A DNA stretch of 64,000 nt from Salinispira sp. (lineage in GTDB: Bacteria; Spirochaetota; Spirochaetia; DSM-27196; Salinispiraceae): positions 1,664,001 to 1,728,000 of the forward strand of contig OZ271918.1 of the NCBI GenBank assembly GCA_965602015.1. The letters run 5' to 3'. Both the position numbers and the translations under genes were made by a program. The number at the start of each line of letters is the position of its first letter. The stretch's first letter is position 1. Under the pieces are notes generated by a model. The model did not search any database. It was given only the letters and a program-made list of their open reading frames with translations, and was not told the origin of the DNA. Below are positions 21,065 to 30,562 of the stretch, piece by piece.

Positions 21065-21102
21065 AAAGAAGGGCTGCCTGTAGCAATAGGCAGCCCTTCT
21101 TT
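21065..21102. terminator. bidirectional intrinsic terminator
   Basis: AAAGAAGGGCTGCCT..AGGCAGCCCTTCTTT between convergent genes. Confidence 0.88.
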
Positions 21103-21145
21103 GTCATAAGAGAACTATGAACCTTTTTACAACCGACAGCTGGTA

Positions 21146-21652
21146 TTACAGCAAATCCGCTTTGAGCGAGTCGATGTGCAGCCGTTCATGAACGGCGGAA
21201 AATACCAGCCATTCATAGAAATTCATCCTTCCCACATACGGATGAGGGAAGCTGACATCTGACACCTCGTGAGCATCGGCGAAATCCATCAAATCCTGGA
21301 GTGCGGCAGTATTGAGTTTCGAAAACTCACGTAAATCGTCCGGAGACATACTGCCCGCCGGTTCGGTTCCATTGAATGCGGGGACTTCCATTGCACCAGG
21401 ACCGAAATCGGTCAGCAATTCTGCTCGTATAGGCCAGGGTTTTCCGCTCTCCCTAACCTCGGGCGACTTGGCTTTGACCTTGAGTCGGGATAACAGGGCG
21501 ATTATGCTTTTCTCAGTCAACAGTATATGCTCTAGCACCTGAGCAGGAGTCCAGGCTCCGCTGCGGTCCCTTATTTCTTTGGATTGGGCTTCAAGGAGTT
21601 CGAAGCGGTTTTTGCGGTGCTCGATAGCCAGGGCTGCCTTGGAATTTATCAT
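21146..21652 (-). CDS. DinB family protein
   Basis: WTPAQVLEH, FPHPYVG, HERLH. Confidence 0.85.
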   Translation of the reverse strand: MINSKAALAIEHRKNRFELLEAQSKEIRDRSGAWTPAQVLEHILLTEKSIIALLSRLKVKAKSPEVRESGKPWPIRAELLTDFGPGAMEVPAFNGTEPAGSMSPDDLREFSKLNTAALQDLMDFADAHEVSDVSFPHPYVGRMNFYEWLVFSAVHERLHIDSLKADLL

Positions 21653-21803
21653 ATTAGCTCCTTTTACATTGCTAACAATTTAAAAATATTACCCCAATGC
21701 CGTTTGTGTTGTCATTGCTCTTAAGGATGTCAGGCGCAGTTTTTTATCGTGTTCGGAAATCCAGTATAGCGTGCTGTACATTACTCACAAGGAGTTCTGC
21801 GCA

Positions 21804-24542
21804 ATGAAAAATGTCACCGTCTTTATGAGCGTTTTGCTGATCACCGGCAGTATGTTTGCTTCACCATCTTCAGAGAATCCTGTAAGGGCGGCAGACGGTC
21901 CGACATCTCAAAAGCCTGAAGTTACGCAGGTACGGGTCGGAACCGGAATCATCAACAACTATATTCCCAATATCGGGGTGAATGAGTTCGGCGACAGCGG
22001 AGGAACGGCGTATGCAGCCGGCAATCTTATACCGGATGCCGGATTCGAACCGATTTCCATCAGGCGGCTGTACCGGGTTCAATCCAGGGGCACCGTTGAA
22101 AGGGAAGGTGTCAGATACCATTGGATGCAAACCGATGGCGGAGGAATAACTGAATGGGATCTGGTCACCACAGGCTTCCTCAACGGAGCAACATATCGGC
22201 TTTATCGCCTTGTCGATGAAAATGATTTGCCCTTGCCCGCAAACGCGGGATACCTCGATTTATCCATGGCACAAAGAATGGTTCGAATCGGCGAAGGCAG
22301 GGTGCCTGAGGCCGGCGAGCCCGGGCTTCCCCTTGGGGGCTTTGTTGACGAGCCAGGCGAAAAGCGAATCTATTTAGACGGTGCCGCCCCCGTCGAGTGG
22401 GACTACATCGTCTTTGAAAAGGTGATTCTCCGGGCGGATCCCGACTGGTCGCATCCCCGTCTCGATGACAGCGGTCACTCTGATCAGGTTGCAGAAACTT
22501 GGCGGCCCGGTTGGGGGCTCGATGAAGAGGATCTTCAGATTGAACGGATTAGTCACGATAGCCTGGAAAGCGAAAGCCGTAAAACCGATGTTGCCAGAGA
22601 GTTTCCGTGGCAGGGTGACAGCGTCATGAGCTTTTCTTCCGAAGTCGCAGGCCGGCTTCAGGCGAACGGCCCGTATATCTTTTTTCCGCTTAATCAAAAC
22701 ACTGAAGGAGACTGGTATGGAACCCTGGAACCCGGGGTGCGCTACCGCTATGAAGCCTGGATGCGCAGCGAATCACCGGTGAATTCCACAAGGGCGGTCC
22801 TCGGTTTTTTCTCAATGTACGAAGGTATTTCCCGGCAGTTTGATATAAGCAATGACTGGGAAAAGTACAGCTTTACCTTTACCGCACCTGAGGCGCCACG
22901 GTTCGACGGGTGGCATGGCGGCCCGTCAATCAGTTTCGACGGTCCGGCGCGTTTGTTTGTGGACAATATCCGGCTCTACCCGGTGGAAGACGGCAGGTAC
23001 AGCCCGGTAATTGCCGGCGCGCGACCAGACAGCTCGCCAGCAGAAAACTCACAGGAACCTGCCTTTGATTTTGCACCCAGCCGTCGGAGCATGGAGCTGC
23101 TCCTTAACAGCCAGGGGGCAGAGGGACCCAAAGGCGTACTGCGGAGCATGTACGTTATGATGAATAATGCGCGGATGCAGAGCCTCTTGACTCCCTTTGC
23201 CGATAGCTCGGTTACCTACGACTGGTATCTGGCGGTTAACGGAGCGTCAGCAATGACTCTGCCGGCATTTCTAAATTACGCCGCGCTAACCGGAGAAGAT
23301 CCTTTACAGCGAATGAAGCCCTGGCTCAATATTTCCTCACGGGCTTCCGAGGAGGAGTGGGCCATGCTCATTGAGTATCTCGCTGCTCCCATTGATCCTG
23401 ATGATCCAAATGATGTGGCGGCAAAACCCTGGGCATATCTGCGCTATCAACTCAGGGGGACTCCTGAACCATGGACAGATGCGTTCGACCGCATATTCGT
23501 CGAGTTCGCCAATGAGACCTGGCATAACGGCGCTGTGGAATCCCAATGGCAGGGCTGGGCGCAGGCCTACCACGTACATCAAGGAAGCGTGGAATTCGGG
23601 TTATGGGTTGAGTATTTAACCGGATGGCTATCTGAAAACTCCCCGTGGTTTACCGACGCGATAGTATCGGGTTCCATTCGCCTGGTGATGGGCAGCAATT
23701 ATGATGATTATGCCGAGCGCGCTTTGGAATCCGTCGATGACCCGGCGGTAATCGCCGCCATCGGCCACACCACATATGTGGGACCCCGCTGGGAACAGGG
23801 TGAAAACGTCATCCCAAAACTGAATGATCAAGGGTACCAGGCTACCCTTCTGGGCTATATCGCCGGCTTGGATGCCGAGTTCGCACGGTATTCCGCACTG
23901 CGCAGCCGGGCTGCATCGGAAGACCGGAACTATGAAATCCTCGGTTATGAGGGCGGCCCAAGCGGCTATGCCCTTCCTGGCCAGGACAGCGATGAACAGC
24001 GGGAAATTGCCGAGGCCTACGGTAAGAGCCTGGCCATGGGCGTAGCCGCCGCCGACAGTTGGCTTGGCGCCAGAAGCCAGGGTTTTCGGGAAATGGCGTA
24101 TCATGCTTTTACTCAGGGTACCCATTGGAGTTCCCACACTAGCCTTCGCAGAGGTTTGCGGCCGCATCCCGGATGGCTCGCACTGACCCTTATCAATCGG
24201 CATACTGGAGGTTCAATGCGTGAAACCACGGTAAGTAACAGCCCGATGATCAACTGGGCCGGGGAAACCCTGCCGTTGTTAGGCGCATACTCGTTTGAAA
24301 ATGACGATTCGTTTTCCGTGGCTTTGGTGAACCGCAGCCTGACGGAGACTATCACTACCGCCATCGATATTCCAGAATGGTCGGGAACTGTCATTACTCG
24401 TTATGCACTGGAGGGTGATCCCCGGGCGACTAATCGCTTTGCCACGGAAGTGGAGATTACCGAATCTATCGTCGATGCAGAAGCTATCCACGATCTGCCG
24501 CTGAAGCCTGGGAGTTTTGTCATTCTCACGTTTGAAAAGTAG
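21804..24542 (+). CDS. secreted clan GH-A glycoside hydrolase with CBM4/9-like domain (arabinofuranosidase-like)
   Basis: Signal peptide; EFANETW acid/base and YEGG nucleophile-like motifs; C-terminal beta-sandwich. Confidence 0.7.
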   Translation: MKNVTVFMSVLLITGSMFASPSSENPVRAADGPTSQKPEVTQVRVGTGIINNYIPNIGVNEFGDSGGTAYAAGNLIPDAGFEPISIRRLYRVQSRGTVEREGVRYHWMQTDGGGITEWDLVTTGFLNGATYRLYRLVDENDLPLPANAGYLDLSMAQRMVRIGEGRVPEAGEPGLPLGGFVDEPGEKRIYLDGAAPVEWDYIVFEKVILRADPDWSHPRLDDSGHSDQVAETWRPGWGLDEEDLQIERISHDSLESESRKTDVAREFPWQGDSVMSFSSEVAGRLQANGPYIFFPLNQNTEGDWYGTLEPGVRYRYEAWMRSESPVNSTRAVLGFFSMYEGISRQFDISNDWEKYSFTFTAPEAPRFDGWHGGPSISFDGPARLFVDNIRLYPVEDGRYSPVIAGARPDSSPAENSQEPAFDFAPSRRSMELLLNSQGAEGPKGVLRSMYVMMNNARMQSLLTPFADSSVTYDWYLAVNGASAMTLPAFLNYAALTGEDPLQRMKPWLNISSRASEEEWAMLIEYLAAPIDPDDPNDVAAKPWAYLRYQLRGTPEPWTDAFDRIFVEFANETWHNGAVESQWQGWAQAYHVHQGSVEFGLWVEYLTGWLSENSPWFTDAIVSGSIRLVMGSNYDDYAERALESVDDPAVIAAIGHTTYVGPRWEQGENVIPKLNDQGYQATLLGYIAGLDAEFARYSALRSRAASEDRNYEILGYEGGPSGYALPGQDSDEQREIAEAYGKSLAMGVAAADSWLGARSQGFREMAYHAFTQGTHWSSHTSLRRGLRPHPGWLALTLINRHTGGSMRETTVSNSPMINWAGETLPLLGAYSFENDDSFSVALVNRSLTETITTAIDIPEWSGTVITRYALEGDPRATNRFATEVEITESIVDAEAIHDLPLKPGSFVILTFEK

Positions 24543-24596
24543 CCAGTCTACACAGTGATTGGCCGGCTCCCTCGTTTCATCTGCATTCTCCACGGG

Positions 24597-25691
24597 TTAC
24601 TCAGCAGCCGCAGTCATGGCGACCCTGTTTCGCCCCTGATGCTTTGCCCGGTAGAGAGCCCGGTCCGCTTGCTTTACCAAATCATAGGCATCCACCGGAC
24701 CGTCTTCCATCGAAGCCACGCCGATGCTCACGGTAATAGAACGAACTTCCCCATCTATATCAATTGTAGTTTGACGTACCACTTCCAGCATTTTATCTGC
24801 GAAGAGTCGGGCATTATTACGTTTAATTCTCGAGAGAATAAGGAATTCCTCGCCGCCGTAACGAACGCAAATATCCTCGCTCCGGCTGTTGTCCTTTATA
24901 ACCCGGGCAATACGGGCAATCACCTGATCGCCGAACTGATGGCCGAGACTATCGTTTATGGACTTAAAGCGATCGATATCCAACATGATACAGCTCAGGT
25001 CGCCATCACCGGTTTTAGCCCTTTCAAATTCGCTCAAGAGAAGGTCGTCGAAATTCCGGCGATTTAGGAGGCCGCTCAATGGATCGGTCATGGACATTGA
25101 GCTGAGGTTGCGGTTCTGAATTTCCGAGCGAAGCAGCCTGGTGATTATTCGCTCGAATTCCCGGTTATTTGCCTGTGCCAACAGGCTAATAAGCATGAGA
25201 ACCAAAAACGGCACTAAAAGATTTGCGCTGGCCAAAAGCACCCAAAGAGGAATATCACCAAAGACCGTTAACGTAACAATCAGCTGAAAAAGAAAGAGGG
25301 CCGGAAAAAGATTAATTATCAACCGGGTCCCCAACAGTCCCGCCAAAAAGGTGAGCAGGCTGTAGACAACGAAAATAAAAAGCAGGAAAAATTCTAGGGT
25401 GGCGAGTGGATCGTCGGTTACCAGGGGGAAGAGCACAAGAACGACTGCCAGACCTGAACTAAATAGTGAAAAAGACCGCCGAATCCGATTGGAACGGAGA
25501 AGAACAATCAGTCCAGCCCAGGTGGTTACCAGGGCGATGAGCGGGATGAAATAGTAGTCCGCCAGACTTCCTGCAATGAGTGAAATAATGGTTCCAAGGG
25601 GAATGATTATGCTAAAAACAGAGAGGGTTGGCAGCAATACCTTCCTGCGAAAACGGTGGAGCTGACTGTCGACAAAATCCCTGTTAGCCAT
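24597..25691 (-). CDS. membrane diguanylate cyclase
   Basis: TDPLSGLLNRR, DIDRFKSIND, RSED I-site, GGEEF; N-terminal TMs. Confidence 0.92.
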   Translation of the reverse strand: MANRDFVDSQLHRFRRKVLLPTLSVFSIIIPLGTIISLIAGSLADYYFIPLIALVTTWAGLIVLLRSNRIRRSFSLFSSGLAVVLVLFPLVTDDPLATLEFFLLFIFVVYSLLTFLAGLLGTRLIINLFPALFLFQLIVTLTVFGDIPLWVLLASANLLVPFLVLMLISLLAQANNREFERIITRLLRSEIQNRNLSSMSMTDPLSGLLNRRNFDDLLLSEFERAKTGDGDLSCIMLDIDRFKSINDSLGHQFGDQVIARIARVIKDNSRSEDICVRYGGEEFLILSRIKRNNARLFADKMLEVVRQTTIDIDGEVRSITVSIGVASMEDGPVDAYDLVKQADRALYRAKHQGRNRVAMTAAAE

Positions 25692-25763
25692 CTGCTATAA
25701 GTATCGATAAGTACATGTGATCAGGCAATACGAACATAAAAAGTTGCGTCCTCTACCTTTGCT

Positions 25764-26183
25764 CTAGTCTGTATCAGCTCTGTTGAGCAGCAACACAGTA
25801 CCGGAAGGGTCTTTTATCCAGTGCATTCCATCTGGTAAATCCTCAAGCTCATCTACCAGTCGAGCACCGTGAGATACCAAATCTTTTACTGCGGCATGCG
25901 GTTCAGCAGTTTGCAGTTCAAGCCAAACTTGAGCTTGGGGATATCGGTCCACACAGTCAAGCCAGAGGGTGATTGGGCCGAAACTGAGGCGATAACTAAC
26001 AGATACCGGTCTCGCCGGATTATCCACCGGCGTTAGCGCAAAGCCCAACACATCGCGATAAAATGATACAGTTTGATCATAGCGGTCTTTTGGCAGCTTC
26101 AGGGCAATATTAGCCCCGCCGGAATAACGCCTGTGTTCACTCATCATTAACCTCCTGGGAAAATCTCCTTCCTCCTCCACCAT
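25764..26183 (-). CDS. VOC/glyoxalase family protein
   Basis: FYRDVLGF and WIKDPSG motifs. Confidence 0.8.
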   Translation of the reverse strand: MVEEEGDFPRRLMMSEHRRYSGGANIALKLPKDRYDQTVSFYRDVLGFALTPVDNPARPVSVSYRLSFGPITLWLDCVDRYPQAQVWLELQTAEPHAAVKDLVSHGARLVDELEDLPDGMHWIKDPSGTVLLLNRADTD

Positions 26184-26262
26184 TGTAGCATGGTATCGAT
26201 TCAGGGCATTTTTTGCCCGGACTTACAGATTTTATTGATGAGAAAATAATTTTTTACGCCCT

Positions 26263-26313
26263 ATTCTTGACCTTCTTAATCAAGTTAGTTAACATAGTGA
26301 ATAAGTCAAGTAT
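26263..26313 (+). promoter_or_regulatory. promoter (TTGACC-17-TAACAT) overlapped by two tandem Rrf2/IscR-like boxes
   Basis: ATTCTTGACCTTCTTAATCAAGTTA and TTAACATAGTGAATAAGTCAAGTAT resemble the IscR type-1 palindrome; lie upstream of a sulfur operon. Confidence 0.55.
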
Positions 26314-26328
26314 AAAAAGGCGGGAATC

Positions 26329-27423
26329 GTGAGTGGCAAGCAGGGTGGAAAACATCAAAACCTCGTGAGCATTGCCGGTGTCATAGCAGTGTTTCTCGGG
26401 TTTACTTTATTCGTAGCATCATTTGAGGGGAGGTCAGTGTCTTCCGGAATGGCTCGATCATCTGCTCAGGGTGCGGTTTTCCTTTTGCGGAACGACAATT
26501 TGCATATTATCGACCACGTACAGGGTTATACAATACGTAGCTATCCACTTAGCGGCAAAGCCTCGGGTATTGTGCCGACGCCCGGCGGTGTTTCAGTATT
26601 TGTCCACTATCGGGACCAAAGCTATGTAGACATTTTCAGTTCCCAAACATTCGAATATCAGGGAAGAAATGACATCCCCCTTTCTTCTGTAGACCAGATG
26701 AGTTTCTCCCCTGACGGATCGAGGGTTTATCTGATAGGTGAAGACTCATTGGGCAACGAGCTGCTGGCCGAGGCCTCGCATTCATTATTGACGTTTGGTG
26801 AGTTCCGGACGGTGGGCGCACCAGGCGGGCAAGGTCCCCTTGTGCCCGGTAACCGGGGAGCTTTTCTTCATCGGGCATCTTCCAACGGCATAATTGCCTT
26901 GTCGCGCCTTAACCTCCTCCCGCAGGCTGCGCAGGAAGAATCGGGTTCCGGGGATATTGGGAACTTGCGTAACCTCATTTATGCCGAGCAGAACGATCTG
27001 TTTTTTGCCGTTCGTTCGACCGATGAAGGAACGCATCGGGGTCTGCTTATCAATGCCCAAGGCGGCGGGACAGTGTTGACCTTTGAGGACGCGCTCCGGG
27101 AGAACGCTGTCCCGGTGGTAAATGAAGACCTCATATGGACCCTCAGCTCGGATGGAGGAGCAGCCATAGCATATGCATCTAAGACCAACGGAAGTGCTTC
27201 CTCGCCGGCAAATCTGCCGCTGGGCTTCTCCGCTGATTTTATACTTTCTGCGGGCCCGGGGGTGTTATGGGCAGTGTCAGAACGGGGATTTGTAGCAGTC
27301 ATTGAAAATCAGCGCGTGAGCCGCAGCTTTCAACTATATCAGGTTGACGGAAGTGAAATCGATCAGATTGAGATTACCGCAAGCGCTTTTCGGCGGGAAG
27401 GCGCTAGCTTTGCCTGCTTTTAG
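26329..27423 (+). CDS. membrane-anchored YncE-like beta-propeller with C-terminal Cys (…SFACF)
   Basis: N-terminal TM; TPGG and FSPDGSRVY repeats. Confidence 0.65.
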   Translation: MSGKQGGKHQNLVSIAGVIAVFLGFTLFVASFEGRSVSSGMARSSAQGAVFLLRNDNLHIIDHVQGYTIRSYPLSGKASGIVPTPGGVSVFVHYRDQSYVDIFSSQTFEYQGRNDIPLSSVDQMSFSPDGSRVYLIGEDSLGNELLAEASHSLLTFGEFRTVGAPGGQGPLVPGNRGAFLHRASSNGIIALSRLNLLPQAAQEESGSGDIGNLRNLIYAEQNDLFFAVRSTDEGTHRGLLINAQGGGTVLTFEDALRENAVPVVNEDLIWTLSSDGGAAIAYASKTNGSASSPANLPLGFSADFILSAGPGVLWAVSERGFVAVIENQRVSRSFQLYQVDGSEIDQIEITASAFRREGASFACF

Positions 27424-27431
27424 GGGATGAG

Positions 27432-28469
27432 ATGAACTGGATTGCAATAATAAGCGGAACGATAACAGGAACTATTTTAGGTTGGGCACTTCAGGGTGGC
27501 GGGTTTTGTATGAACACCGCTTTTCGGAGCGTGATATTTGAAAAGGATAAGAGCCTCCTTCGGGCCTGGTTCCTGGTGCTTTTAATTAATATTCCGGGAG
27601 TGACCCTTCTGACCCAGCTGGGAGTAGTAGACCCCATTTCCTCACCGTTTTTCTGGCCAGCCTTGCTCATCGGCGGAGTGCTGTTTGGCATTGGGATGGT
27701 AATGGCCGGCGGTTGCGCCAGCGGCACCTGGTATCGCGCCGCCCGGGGCATGCTCGGTTCCTGGGGTGCGCTGACTGGTTTTCTTATCGGGAGCGCAATC
27801 GTATTTACCGGGCCCCTAAACCCTGTACTGGAACTGTTAAGAGTCAGCCCGTCTTCCTGGGAGGAGGAGGCAGTTACCCTTTTTACCCTTAGCGGAGCGG
27901 AAACTCCCATCATTCAGTGGATAGTAGTTGCTGTGATCTGTCTTCCCCTTCTCATTTTTGTGCTCCGAGCACCAAAGGAGAAGTTCATTCTGGGCTGGAG
28001 TTGGAAATTCACCGGGCTTGCCGTCGGCCTGACAGCCCTGGCAGTGTGGATTGTTTCTGGCCTCCAGGGACGCAATTTCGGACTATCGTTCACTCAACCC
28101 GGAGCTGCATTGATGGATCTGCTGGTGAGCGGAGATGGGCGGGCCATCGGTCTTCCGACCTATATCCTGCTCGGAGTACCTCTCGGTTCGTTTTTGGCCG
28201 CCAAAGCGAGAGGTGAGGCCCGTTTTACCCTGAGCAGTCCCGGGGCAATGGTCCGTCAGGCAGGTGGCGGTTTAATAATGGGAGTCGGGGCGGCGATCGC
28301 CGGTGGTTGTAATATCGGACACGGGGTTACCGGTCTGTCGGTATTGAGTATCAGTTCAGTGCTCGCCGTTGGAGCGATTATGAGTGGATGCTGGATTGCA
28401 ACATGGGTAGTTATCAAGAGCGAATCACGGCAGGCGGCTGCGGGCTCACCGAAGCCGGCGGTAAGCTGA
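27432..28469 (+). CDS. YeeE/YedE (TsuA-like) thiosulfate/sulfur transporter
   Basis: GGFCM, AGGCASG, AGGCNIGHG conserved Cys motifs; multiple TMs. Confidence 0.9.
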   Translation: MNWIAIISGTITGTILGWALQGGGFCMNTAFRSVIFEKDKSLLRAWFLVLLINIPGVTLLTQLGVVDPISSPFFWPALLIGGVLFGIGMVMAGGCASGTWYRAARGMLGSWGALTGFLIGSAIVFTGPLNPVLELLRVSPSSWEEEAVTLFTLSGAETPIIQWIVVAVICLPLLIFVLRAPKEKFILGWSWKFTGLAVGLTALAVWIVSGLQGRNFGLSFTQPGAALMDLLVSGDGRAIGLPTYILLGVPLGSFLAAKARGEARFTLSSPGAMVRQAGGGLIMGVGAAIAGGCNIGHGVTGLSVLSISSVLAVGAIMSGCWIATWVVIKSESRQAAAGSPKPAVS

Positions 28470-28541
28470 TTATTGGCACAGGTCTTGGATTACAAAGAAA
28501 ATAGAGCATCAAGGATTGATGCCTCGCTATAGGAGGACAGC

Positions 28542-29459
28542 ATGGCGAATTGGAATTGGAAGTCTCATATATTACGGGGATTTATTGGGCGGGGAATACT
28601 AGCTGCTGGATTGTTGGCGTTAATGATAGGGTGCGCTGCCGCAGATGTCACCCGCACAGCCGGTGAAGAAATCCTGGTGGATGCCGCGTGGATTCAGGAT
28701 CAGGGCAGCAATATCACCATTATTGATGCCGGTCGTTCTCTGGATGATTTTCTGGAGGGTCATATACCCGGTGCAGCGTGGGCGGAGCGAAGCCTGACCT
28801 GGGATGAAGTTGGTGGTATATCCGGAATGCTGCCGGAGTCTGATTTGGTCGCAGAAAACCTGGCCGCTCTTGGGGTTTCCAGCGATAAACCGGTGGTGAT
28901 TTACGATTCCGGGAATGCCCTCTGGTCATCGAGACTTTTCTGGGCTTTGGAGTACCTTGGTCATCCGCAGGTACACATCCTCGATGGCGGCTTTGCGGCA
29001 TGGGAGGCAGCAGGTTTTGCCAGCTCTATTGACGTGCAGATTCCCGAGGCCGGCAATTTCACTGCCAATGTTCAGACTGAACTTCTCGCCGATAGGGAAT
29101 ATGTATTGGACAGCCTGGGTAGTGACAATATCGTTGTCATCGACACCCGAAGCCAGGGAGAGTACGCCGGGACCGATGTCCGTGCCGAGCGAGGCGGCCG
29201 GATTCCCGGATCAGTAAACCTGGAATGGCGGGAAAACCTCGGCGAGGGACAGTCCTTCAAGGCGGCGGTCGAGTTGGCGGGTTTGTACGAGACAGTTGTG
29301 AATACCGAAGGGGAAGCCATTACCCTCTGTCAGACCGGTGTACGAGGAGCCCATAGCTATGTTGCGCTGCGGATTGCAGGGTACCAAAATGTCAGACTGT
29401 ATGACGGTTCCTGGGCCGAATGGGGTAATGATTCCGCCCTCCCGATTGAAGTAAATTGA
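28542..29459 (+). CDS. tandem-domain rhodanese/sulfurtransferase, lipoprotein
   Basis: MIGC lipobox; GHIPGA; CQTGVRG active loop; YDGSWAEW. Confidence 0.9.
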   Translation: MANWNWKSHILRGFIGRGILAAGLLALMIGCAAADVTRTAGEEILVDAAWIQDQGSNITIIDAGRSLDDFLEGHIPGAAWAERSLTWDEVGGISGMLPESDLVAENLAALGVSSDKPVVIYDSGNALWSSRLFWALEYLGHPQVHILDGGFAAWEAAGFASSIDVQIPEAGNFTANVQTELLADREYVLDSLGSDNIVVIDTRSQGEYAGTDVRAERGGRIPGSVNLEWRENLGEGQSFKAAVELAGLYETVVNTEGEAITLCQTGVRGAHSYVALRIAGYQNVRLYDGSWAEWGNDSALPIEVN

Positions 29460-29480
29460 TACCCAGTGTAGAGGAATAGA

Positions 29481-29735
29481 ATGATGCGCAAAGAGACTGC
29501 AAAACCTGAAGTTACGCAAAAACTTGATCTGGAAGTGGAAGTTTGTCCCTTTTCCCTCATCAAATCGAGAATTGCCCTTGAGGCCTTGGCCCCAGGGGAA
29601 ATCCTGGAAGTAACCCTGGGCAACAGCGAATCCGCTGCCAATGTGCCCCGGACCCTGGATCTCGAAGGTCATGATGTTATTTCAGTGGACAAATCCGGGC
29701 CGGGAATTTGGTCTGTGATAATCCAGAGGGCATAG
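29481..29735 (+). CDS. TusA/YeeD family sulfur carrier
   Basis: LDL....CP motif; ~84 aa. Confidence 0.85.
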   Translation: MMRKETAKPEVTQKLDLEVEVCPFSLIKSRIALEALAPGEILEVTLGNSESAANVPRTLDLEGHDVISVDKSGPGIWSVIIQRA

Positions 29736-29739
29736 GCAC

Positions 29740-30540
29740 ATGAAACTGCTGCTGGAGCCGTATGAACTTGTCACCGCAGAAGCGAATATTCACAGGATTC
29801 CGATTGACTGTCGGTCCCCGGCAGAGTTTTCTAAAGGCCATATCCCCGGGGCAGTTAACTACCCCGCTTCCGACTGGATAGACCGGGAGTCTCCCCGCGG
29901 CCAGTTGCTCCCCTGGGAGCAACTGGCCGATGCCTTGGGGAGCCGGGGGATCGGACCGGACAGTGAGGTGGTGATGTATGACAACAGCGGTCTGGTGCCT
30001 TCGGCCAGACTGCTGTGGATCTTAGATGTGCTTGGAATTAGTGGTGCCAGAGTGTTGGACGGCGGATTCGCCGCCTATGTTTCCGCCGGGTTACCCGTAG
30101 AACGGGAAATTATACCCCGACAAGAACAGGAGTTTCCCGTAAACCTGCAGCACAGTCTCATCGCAGATGCGGATGAAATACTGGGAATCATACAGAACGG
30201 TAACGGAACAATCATCGATACCCGAAGCGCTGGTGAATACAGTGGCGAGATTCCCGGGGCCTTGCATAACGGGCACATACCCGGTGCCATTCATCTGGAT
30301 TGGCAGGAAAACATCAGCGATCTATTGTATCCCCGCTTCAAACCGGTGGAGGAACTATCCGCGCGCTACGAGAATGCGGCATCTGACAAGAACAGCCGCA
30401 TTATCTGCTACTGCAGGTCGGGAAACCGATCAGCCCACACCTATCTCAGCCTGAAGCATCTTGGCTATACCAATGTGGCTAATTACCCGGGATCCTGGCT
30501 CGAATGGGGAAACAATCCTGAACTTCCCTTCGAGACATAA
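29740..30540 (+). CDS. tandem-domain rhodanese/sulfurtransferase, cytoplasmic
   Basis: GHIPGA twice; CRSGNRS; YPGSWLEW; no signal peptide. Confidence 0.9.
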   Translation: MKLLLEPYELVTAEANIHRIPIDCRSPAEFSKGHIPGAVNYPASDWIDRESPRGQLLPWEQLADALGSRGIGPDSEVVMYDNSGLVPSARLLWILDVLGISGARVLDGGFAAYVSAGLPVEREIIPRQEQEFPVNLQHSLIADADEILGIIQNGNGTIIDTRSAGEYSGEIPGALHNGHIPGAIHLDWQENISDLLYPRFKPVEELSARYENAASDKNSRIICYCRSGNRSAHTYLSLKHLGYTNVANYPGSWLEWGNNPELPFET

Positions 30541-30562
30541 GCGTCTGCCCAAACTGAGCTAC

